Source: an uncultured Acidobacteriota bacterium
Lineage (GTDB): Bacteria > Acidobacteriota > UBA6911
Direction: 5' to 3'
DNA length: 64,000 nucleotides
Assembly: GCA_963827655.1 (NCBI GenBank)
Contig: CAWHCF010000037.1
Location: forward strand, 1-64,000
Shown in pieces: positions 55,547 to 64,000 of the stretch (position 1 is its first letter; each line of letters opens with the position of its first letter). The notes below the pieces were generated by a model. It was not told the origin of the DNA and did no database searches. It was given only the letters and a program-made list of their open reading frames with translations. A program made the translations under genes and the position numbers.

Positions 55547-55780
55547 GTGAATTTTGAAATCATTGGCGAGATTCATGACATTGAACGCATCGCCGCTGGC
55601 CCTTCCATCCGCGACTTTGCGCGCTTGAAAAGAGTGTATGGTGGACGGCGCTGGAGAAAGTTGAAAGGAATTGCACAAGTGCGATTGAGAAGCGGACGAG
55701 TTCGTCTGGCAGAATTGCACTGGTACGAAGGTCATGGGATCGGCAAGAAGGAGATCCGACGAAAACGTTACCTGGACTAA
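55547..55780 (+). CDS. Small basic hypothetical protein, putative toxin
   Basis: 77 aa, Arg/Lys-rich; WRKLKG and AELHWYEGHGIGKKE motifs. Confidence 0.75.
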   Translation: MNFEIIGEIHDIERIAAGPSIRDFARLKRVYGGRRWRKLKGIAQVRLRSGRVRLAELHWYEGHGIGKKEIRRKRYLD

Positions 55781-56025
55781 TGGCCAAAAAAAGAATTAAG
55801 AAAGCTGCTCTACGATTCGCAGTCTGTATTGATAATTCGAAGTACCCCGTTTCCCTCGAGCTGCACAAGATTTATCGTGTTCTTCCAGATGACGATGCCG
55901 CGCGAGATGGCGACCTTCGGATCATCGATGAGAGTGGCGAGGACTATTTGTATTCTGCGGACCGTTTCATGGCGATTGAAGTCTCGAAGCCACTTGAACG
56001 CGCAATCTTGAGGAACGTTTCCTGA
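55780..56025 (+). CDS. Small hypothetical protein, putative antitoxin/immunity protein
   Basis: 81 aa; TAATG coupling to the upstream gene; acidic RIIDESGEDYLY motif. Confidence 0.75.
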   Translation: MAKKRIKKAALRFAVCIDNSKYPVSLELHKIYRVLPDDDAARDGDLRIIDESGEDYLYSADRFMAIEVSKPLERAILRNVS

Positions 56026-56063
56026 GACATGGCGGCGGACTGAATTTCGGGGGTTACTGGACT

Positions 56064-58296
56064 GTGGCATCACTCATAGTTCTCGTCTTTCTTATGCTGG
56101 CGCCAGCTGTAATGGGCCAGTCCCTCGATGTTCCTTTGACGGTCGAGGAGACGGCCGGCTCGGCGCGAGTGGCTGAACCGGTCACTTTCGGAGTTCCGCT
56201 TCCGAAGGGAGCCGTGCGGGATCCAGCCCGCCTCCTCCTCTATGGACCAAACGGCAAGCCGGTACCGGCGACGTTCCGCGTGGTCAACCGCTGGTGGGAT
56301 GATGCAGCAACCCAGTTACCTTCGATCCAGTGGGTCCACGCCGATTTCTTCGCGGAAGTGGCGGCGGGAGGCCGGTCCGTCTATCGGCTGCGACTCTCCG
56401 ATGTTCCCTCGCCGATCCCATCCACGCCATTGCGTGTCGAGACCAAGGACGACCGCGTCACGGTCCATACCGGAACGGTGTCGTTTACCGTGAACCGGAC
56501 CGGACCGCTGCTCGAGGCCCCTGGGCTGCGTGACGTCGACCTTCTCCTGCGCTCCGACGAGCGCATTTATAAGGCAAGCCAATGGCCCGGCTCCGAGCTT
56601 GTGGTGGAGGAACAGAACCCTCTTCGAGTGGTGCTCAAGCGCACCGGCGCCCACGCCTGGATGAATCGGGAGGACCGCGCCCTGGACTACGTGGTCCGCA
56701 TCATTGCCTACGCCGGCCGGCCTGTATATCCGAATTGTATATAGCTTCGTCAATCGCCAGGGCCGCGAAATGAGCGACTTTGTGCGCCTCGACGGGCTGT
56801 GGCTGCAGGGCCAGCTCGAGCAGCCGGCGGCGCCGACGAAGATCGAGCAGCTCTCGTCCGAACCGCGCCGGCCAGGTTGGTTCGAAGCCGGAGGAGTCGG
56901 CTTTGGTCTGCGGTGGTTCTGGCAACTCTATCCCAAGGGATTCGAGGTCCGAACCGGCGGTCTGGTCCGCCTGGCGCTCTTTCCCGAAACCGCGCGACCC
57001 CAGAACATCTACACGGGAGTGGCCAAGACCCACGAGCTGATGCTTTCGTTCGGCGGCGAGAACCTCGCTGCCCAGCTCGATCACCCGCTGTATGCCGTCG
57101 CCCCCTCAAAGTGGTACACGCGCGAGACGCGCGCCCTGGGCCGGCTGGTGGAATCGTCACCAGAGGCCATCCGTCCGGAGTACTGGCCGCTGGTGCAGCG
57201 CTACGACCGGTGGCTCACCGCCTCCCGGGATGCGGTGCTGGCCAAGCGCGACCGCGGCTTCGAGTTTCAGGGGCGCCGGTTCGATGAATACGGCATGCTG
57301 AACTTCGGCGATGCCATGCACAAGTTGATCACCAACGATCGCCGTCCGGACTACGGCATCCATTGGGAAACCGAATACTATGATTTCCCGCACGCGCTGT
57401 TTTTGCACTTCTTCCGGACCGGCGACATGAAGTCGTTCAGCATGGCGATCGAAGCGGCCGCTCATCTGGCCGACGTTGATATCTCACACTACGAGGTGGA
57501 ACCCGGACGCCACGGGGCTCCCCGCACCGGACCAGGCTTGAATCATTGGACCCGCTACTCGAACGGCGTTTTCATTTCTTCGACCAGCTGGGCGTTCTAC
57601 AAGAACGAAGGGTTACTGGACCGCTACTTGCTCACCGGAGATCTCTGGTCGCGGGACGTGGCGCGGCTATCCGCCGATTTCGGCGTTACCTACAATGGAC
57701 TCGACCTGCATAGCAACACGCGTTCGATCGGCCACGGGCTGTTCGCCATGCTGAAGGCCTACGAGGTCTTTGGAGACAAGAAGTACCTCGATCGCGCCCA
57801 CTGGATCATCGATTGTGTGCAGGCCTGGCAGGACGGCGACGTCGAGCGCCTCCGCTCCCTGAATGAGCGCGTCGTCTGGGACCCGCAGTTCAAAGGGGGC
57901 TACAGTCACCAGTCCTGGATGTATGGCATCGCGCTGGAGGCGATGGGCCAGGCGTCACAGTCGCTTGGCCGCCCCGAGATGCCGGGCTATATGCGCCGCG
58001 CCGCCGACTGGATCTTTGCCAGCCCGCGCGAGTGGGACTCCGGGCGGCGAGTGTTCCTGAACGCGCCCGTGCACGCGGTGATGCTCACCCCGGGACTGGC
58101 CTACATTGGCGAGACCAGCGGCGTAAAGAAGTACTGGGACGTGGCCCTGGAGAGTTTTCGACGGCAGACCGAGGAAGGGCAAGTCACCGACCGGCTGAAA
58201 TTGTTCGCTCAATTGTTCAGGAACTCGCAGCGCTTTCTGTGGTACCTCTCAATCGAAGGTCCTCCAACCGACCCATCGAGCGTAAGCACGCGCTGA
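56064..58296 (+). CDS. Exported PcRGLX/YetA-like (PL26-like) polysaccharide lyase (frameshift near 56720)
   Basis: Signal peptide; PVTFGVPLPKG, YG..NFGD, W..EYYD, F.RTGD and YLLTGD. Confidence 0.6.
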
Positions 58297-58499
58297 CGAA
58301 CGTTACACGCTGGCGCGCCCCGAACCGTCCCACACTAACGACGCTCGCACCCGCAACAGCAGCTCCATATCAATCTCGCAGCGCCCGGCGGGGCGTGCGG
58401 CAGACGGCCACGAGATTTCGATGAACTGAAAGCTTGCTATACCCATTCCTGCGAAGCTAAAATGCCACCAATTGAAAATCCTGCCTTCAGGAGGGCCAC

Positions 58500-61400
58500 A
58501 TGGAACGCGTCCTGCTACAGACGTTGGTTTCCTTGCTCGTTTCGGCCGCTCTCGGCTGGGCCCAAACGGGCACAGGCAACATTCAGGGAATAGTCAAAGA
58601 TGCTACCGGCGCGATCCTGCCGGGGGCCACCGTGACGCTTACTCACGTCCAAACGTCCCGGCAGTACACCACACCAACTACCGAAGTCGGCTTCTACCTG
58701 TTTCCGTCGGTGCAATTGGGAACCTATCAAATCGCCGTGGAAGCGCCGGGGATGGAGACCTGGAAGGCTGAACTGACCCTGCAGGTGGGCCAGACAGCCG
58801 AAGTAAACCCGGTGCTGAGGGTCGGCGCCACTGCCACCGAGGTAACGGTGGCGGGCGACGTCACGCCGCTGGTCACCACCGCCAATCCCACGCTATCCAG
58901 CGTGGTGGAGCGGGCGCGCATCGACCAATTGCCCCTCAACGGACGTTTCATCCAGGACCTGCTCTATATGACGACCCCAGGCTTCGAGTCCGGCGCCAAT
59001 CTGCCGCGACTGTTTGGCCTGCGCTTCGCCGTCGAAATGTTGCAGGACAGCGCGGTCCTGATGAACCGCCAGTGGCAATCGATTCCTCTCCGGCCGCCAG
59101 GACTCGACACTATCGACGAGTTCCGCTCCGAGACGAGCAATTCCTCGGCCAAGATGAACCGTCCCGGCACCGTAATCCTGACGACCAGGGCCGGCACCAA
59201 CCAGCTCCATGGTTCCGTCTTTGAGACCCACCGAAACAGCGCCATCGGCGTGGCCCGCGCCCGTCAGGATTTTTACGTCAAGCCTCCTCACCTGGTGCGC
59301 AACGAGTTCGGCGCCGCGCTTGGAGGGCCGGTCTACCTCCCCAAGCTCTACAACGGCAAGAACAGGACTTTCTTTTTCTTTGCCTACGAGGGCTTTCGCC
59401 TGAGGACAGGCCTCCACGAGATCGGTCAGCATGCCGACTGCCGAGATGCGGCAGGGCGATTTCAGCGGCTTGATTGACGCCGAGGGACGGCCATTCACCT
59501 TGTACGATCCCATGACCACCGATGCCAACTGGCGGCGGCAGGCCTTTCCCAACAATCAGATTCCGATCAACCGCCGCAGTCCGCTGGCGGCACATCTTTA
59601 CAGCATCACGCCGCTGCCCACGCATCCCAATGTGAACCCCCTGGTGTCGGCCAACTGGTTTGGATTGGGCTTCGACAACCGGAATCAGACCACAATCACA
59701 ACGCGAGTCGACCACCAGCTCTCCCCACGCGACCAGCTCTTCTTCCGGTACTCCCACAACCCTGCCGATCGGTGGTATACGACGTCGCTGGGCGGGGGTC
59801 CCACGACCCTGGATGGCAGGGCAAATGCGGCCACCGACCGAGGCGAGAACGACAGCGGCGTGGCCTCCTGGACCCACACCTTCTCCCCCACCTTCTTCAG
59901 CGAGACGATTTTCAGCGTACAGCGCGACAACCGCAACATCACGCCCATCGTCCTCGAAGACATTGCCACGCAACTGGGCCTTTCCAATCCCTTTAAGGGG
60001 CTGGGCTTCCCGCGCACGATCGACACCGGGTTGGGAATGGACTACGACTCCAGCGCCAATCTCAATATCGACTTCAGCAGGATTTACAACCTGGACCAGA
60101 ATTTCACCAAAGTACGCGGGCGGCACGAGTTCCAATTCGGCGCTCGATGGCGTTACGAGTCTCTCGATATCCTTGCGGACCAGCAGCAGACCATGGGAAC
60201 CATCTCCTTTGCCTCGCTTGGTACGTCCCTCTATGATCCCGGAACCGGCTCCGCCTACGGAGCTGCCCCCTTCACCGGCCACAATGCCGCCAATCTCTTT
60301 ATGGGCCTGGCAACCTACAGCGCGAGGTATTTCCCATCATTCTTCCGGTTGAGGACAGGCGAGATCGCCGCCTACTTCCAGGACAACTTCAAGGTCACTT
60401 CCCGGCTGACCTTGAACCTCGGCTTGCGCTATGAATACAGTCGTCCGCCCAGGGACCGTGACGACACCATCCTGAGCTTCAACCCCAAGACCCACGCGAT
60501 CGTGATGGGCCGGTCGCTCGACGATCTCGTGCAGCTGAACCACGCGCATCCTTCCATCGTGAGAGCCTACGAAACCCTGGGAGTGAAGTACGAAACCCCG
60601 GAGCAGGCCAGCCTGCCGGAGAATTTCATCCATTCGAACAAGTGGGACTTCGGGCCGCGCCTCGGATTTGCGTACCGCCTGGGGGACATGAGCCGTCCTA
60701 CCGTCCTGCGGGGCGGCTACGCCATTTACGCCATTCCCGAGCAGTTACGGGCGATCACCTGTGAAACACGAGCGATTGTGCCCACCACCGCCACTTTCGC
60801 GAACAATCCGAATTCTGCTCAGCAGAGCCCCGACGGACTGCCGAACTACCTGTTGCGCTCCGTCCCCAGGGTCATCGCCGGTGTGAACAGCAATGATACC
60901 CTGAACCTGGAGACCGTCCCGGGCATCACCCGAGGTACCGGAACCGTTTACTACCTCGACCCGAACCAGCCCACGGCGCGCGCCCATGAGTGGAACCTCA
61001 CCCTGGAGCGGGAGATTCTCGCGAACACCAGCGTCAGGCTCAGCTACGTCGGGACGAACGGCATCCGGCTGGCCCAGTATTACTCCTACAATGACGCCCC
61101 GAACGACTATGTCTGGTTCACGACCACCGGCGAGCCGCTCCCGACCGGCGAGTATGCCAACGTAGCCCGGCGCAATTTCGATCGGGAGATCTTCGGCACG
61201 ATCTGGCAGTACCAGAAGAGCGGCTGGTCCAACGACAGCAGCTTCGTCGCCGAGGTGACCGCACCGCTATTCCCAGGGCTATGCCTTCCAGGTGTTCTAC
61301 ACGCTGAGCAACGCGCTGCGCGCGGGCGGCAACGGGTGGGCGGACGACATTCTGCCCGAGACCAACTTGTTTCTGCCGGGAGCGGTCCCGGCAGAGCAGG

Positions 61401-62164
61401 CACCGCGCAACCGGCTTCTCTTCTACCGGCGTGACACCGGGATTCCCAAGCACCGCGTGAACTGGAACTGGATTGTGGATCTTCCCTTCGGCCGGGGCAA
61501 GGCGCTGGGCCGCAATTCCAGCGGCTGGATCAACGGTCTGATCGGCGGCTGGCAGATTGCCGGCAACGGGGCGCTCTTCAGCAGATATTTCCAGCTACCA
61601 ACATCGATGTGGGGCCCGCTGGGCAACGTTGAGGTTTACGGCAAGAAATATCCGATACAGGACTGCCGGAGCGGCGTCTGTTACGACGGGTATCTCTACT
61701 ACAACGGCTACATCCCGGCAAACCGGATCAATAGCGTGGGCGCAAACGGGAGACCGAACGGCGTAATGGGAGTTCCCGCGAGTTACCGACCTTTCCAGAC
61801 GCCGCTCATTCCGACGCCCGCAAACGGCGGGAGCCCGAGTGATCCGCTGTTCCCGTTCTACGAAACTAATACAGTCTTTGTGCCTCTGAAAAACGGCACC
61901 CTCCAGCGGGTCGATTACAATCCCAACCTGCACCCGATGCAACAACAGTTCGTCTCCGGCCCCATGGTCTGGTCGATGAATGCGTCGGCCTTCAAGGCCA
62001 TCCGGCTCACGGAAACCCTGTCTTTGCGATTCAACATAGATTTCTTTAACGTCTTCAACATGCCTGGCACCACGCTGCCGAACTCGACCACCGGGATCAT
62101 CCTCAACCAGACGTCCCAAAACTCAGCGCGCGTCCTGCAATTGACCGGGCGGCTGAGCTGGTGA
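58500..62164 (+). CDS. TonB-dependent receptor (frameshifts near 59410 and 61260)
   Basis: Signal peptide; LPLNGR, RNEFG, YFQDNFK and DFGPRLGFAY; ends GRLSW. Confidence 0.88.
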
Positions 62165-62235
62165 GTGAGCTTCGGCTGAGACAGTCGGATACACCCGTGA
62201 AATGACGGCGAGGGGAACGAGCCTCTCTTGACGTT

Positions 62236-63429
62236 ATGCGCCTTGACCTCTGTGGTTTCGCCAGGATGTTCCGTGACGGCATTGGTTCCGGCTGGCGCAA
62301 AAAGCTTGCCGTTCTAAGTCTCTCGGCATTCTGGGCGGCCGGCTCTTTGAGCGCAGACACAATCCGCGTCTCCGAAGTTGTCCGGAGAGCTGTCGATTAT
62401 CAACGCCAGGGCCTCCATCGAGAAGCCGAGAGTGCGGCGGCAGAAGCTCTGTCGATGCTGGATCGCAGCCGCTCGTCGCTGGATTTCGACGGAGCGGCCG
62501 GTTTGAATGACCTGGCGACGCTGGCCTATGCTCAGGGGGAATTAGACCGGGCCGAGCAGCTATTCGAACGGTCCCGAAAGGCCTACCAGGCGCTCACGGG
62601 GCCTGACGACCCGAGGCTCGCCAGCGTTCTGTACAATCTGGCCGGAGTGTATGTCGAACGAGGCAGGTACGAGCAAGCCGAGCCGCTTTATCGAACTTCG
62701 CTCGCGATCTGGGACAAGGCGTTCGGAGCCGGACATTCGCGGCAAGCCGAGGTATGGAATAACCTCGGGTTCCTCTATCTGCAGCAAGGTCGACATAAAG
62801 AAGCCGAAGCCTGGCTCGGACAGGCCCTTGTAGCATGGGAGAAGGGCACGGGGCCTAGTGCTGCCGTTCATTCAGCGGTCGCCTTGAGCAACCTTGCTAT
62901 GCTGCGCAGGGTTCAGGGCGGCTTCGATGCGGCGGAATCCCGGTACAAGCAAGCCCTTGCCGTGGAAGAAAAGACTTTCGGTCCGGATCATCCCGAAGTC
63001 GCCGCTACCCTGATGAGCCTGGCGGCTCTGTACCAGGCGCAGGGGAGGAGCAGGCTGGCTATTGAAACGTATCGGCGAGCACTGGCGGTACTGGAAAAAA
63101 CCGTCGGCCCCCAGGATCCGCTGGCGATCGAAACCCGGGAACGACTGAACGAGTTAACCCTCGCCATCCAGACGTTGGGCGAGTATCAGATCCTGGTCGT
63201 GCGAACAAAAGAGGAAGCCGAAGAGCTGCGCAGGAAAGTCGAAGCGGGTGGGAATCTCGCCGAATTGGCTGCGCGGCACTCCATAGATCCGCACGCTTCC
63301 CAGCTTCGAGATGAGCTTCGCATGGAGCTGGACCGAATCGCCGTAGGACAGCTGAGCGCGGTGTTCCCGCTGGCTGGCAACTGGGCTATCGTCAAGAAGA
63401 TTTCGGCACCCACTCCGGCACGAGAATGA
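62236..63429 (+). CDS. TPR-repeat protein with C-terminal parvulin-like segment
   Basis: Kinesin-light-chain-type repeats (NLA.LY..QG...AE.L, FGPDHPEVA); ILV.T.EEAEEL and LAARHSIDP; start uncertain. Confidence 0.78.
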   Translation: MRLDLCGFARMFRDGIGSGWRKKLAVLSLSAFWAAGSLSADTIRVSEVVRRAVDYQRQGLHREAESAAAEALSMLDRSRSSLDFDGAAGLNDLATLAYAQGELDRAEQLFERSRKAYQALTGPDDPRLASVLYNLAGVYVERGRYEQAEPLYRTSLAIWDKAFGAGHSRQAEVWNNLGFLYLQQGRHKEAEAWLGQALVAWEKGTGPSAAVHSAVALSNLAMLRRVQGGFDAAESRYKQALAVEEKTFGPDHPEVAATLMSLAALYQAQGRSRLAIETYRRALAVLEKTVGPQDPLAIETRERLNELTLAIQTLGEYQILVVRTKEEAEELRRKVEAGGNLAELAARHSIDPHASQLRDELRMELDRIAVGQLSAVFPLAGNWAIVKKISAPTPARE

Positions 63430-64000
63430 CTTCCGAAAAGCGAAAGCCGCGCGCCACGAGAGCGAGCCTGGTATTGCTGGTTTCGTCGCTGGCGCTATCA
63501 GGTGCATTGACGCAGGAAAAACCTTCGCGGCGGCCGTGGCACATCAAAGGCCAGTTATCGGAAGCCTGCACCTGCAACGTGCCTTGCACCTGCAATTTTG
63601 GCGAGCGACCCTCGCCTCATGAATTCTGCTACGCGATGTGGTCGTACTGGGTGCAGGAGGGATCCTGGGAGCAAATAAAGTTGAATGACCTGCGAATAGG
63701 CGGGGTCGATGGCCCGGGAGGGATCCTGGGACTGCTCGACGCGCGCGCGGACGCGACGCAGCGCACGGCGATGGAAAACATCTGGCACGCCTTGAGCGGA
63801 CGCATGCTTTGCCTGATGCGCCTGTGGCCATTCAAGGCCGGCGGCACTGAACCCGGGCCTGACCGGCCGGCGCGTCAGAGCTCGATCATTCGCACGCTGT
63901 ACGCAGAGCGCCAGTTCCTCGGTTTCGAATATGTGCAGATTGATCAGGCGATCACCAGGCAGGGATCACGGCTGACTTTCCCTGACAGGGGAGGATTCGA
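63426..64000 (+). CDS. DUF1326-like Cys-rich exported protein, running off the window
   Basis: ATGA overlap with the TPR gene; signal peptide; W.IKG..SEACTCNVPCTC and C..MWSY.V.EG. Confidence 0.75.
   Translation, partial: MTSEKRKPRATRASLVLLVSSLALSGALTQEKPSRRPWHIKGQLSEACTCNVPCTCNFGERPSPHEFCYAMWSYWVQEGSWEQIKLNDLRIGGVDGPGGILGLLDARADATQRTAMENIWHALSGRMLCLMRLWPFKAGGTEPGPDRPARQSSIIRTLYAERQFLGFEYVQIDQAITRQGSRLTFPDRGGF

Overview
A GC-rich bacterial window with two parts. Bases 1-~6360 look proteobacterial: scpB, small accessory genes, a 227-bp MITE and a broken wHTH-TPR regulator. They join, through a truncated gene, to ~57.6 kb that looks acidobacterial (an inference from gene families). That part holds a GT-C/methyltransferase surface-glycan locus, a variant alternative complex III operon divergent from heme a/o synthesis genes, three TonB-dependent receptors, a Ser/Thr kinase, a PQQ dehydrogenase with a LytS/LytTR pair, an IS110/IS1111-type element and periplasmic redox/folding genes. 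About 20 genes carry single-base frameshifts, most likely long-read indel errors, so the coordinates given are for reassembled genes. The best leads are: a hidden CxxU selenoprotein (Trx fold, CxxCH, PDZ) with a SECIS-like hairpin; the IS1111-type 3' non-coding end carrying segments that match the element's own termini (candidate bridge/seek RNA); an unannotated toxin/immunity-like gene pair; and two families of intergenic short-tandem inverted repeats that overlap stop codons. Family assignments come from motif recognition, not database searches.
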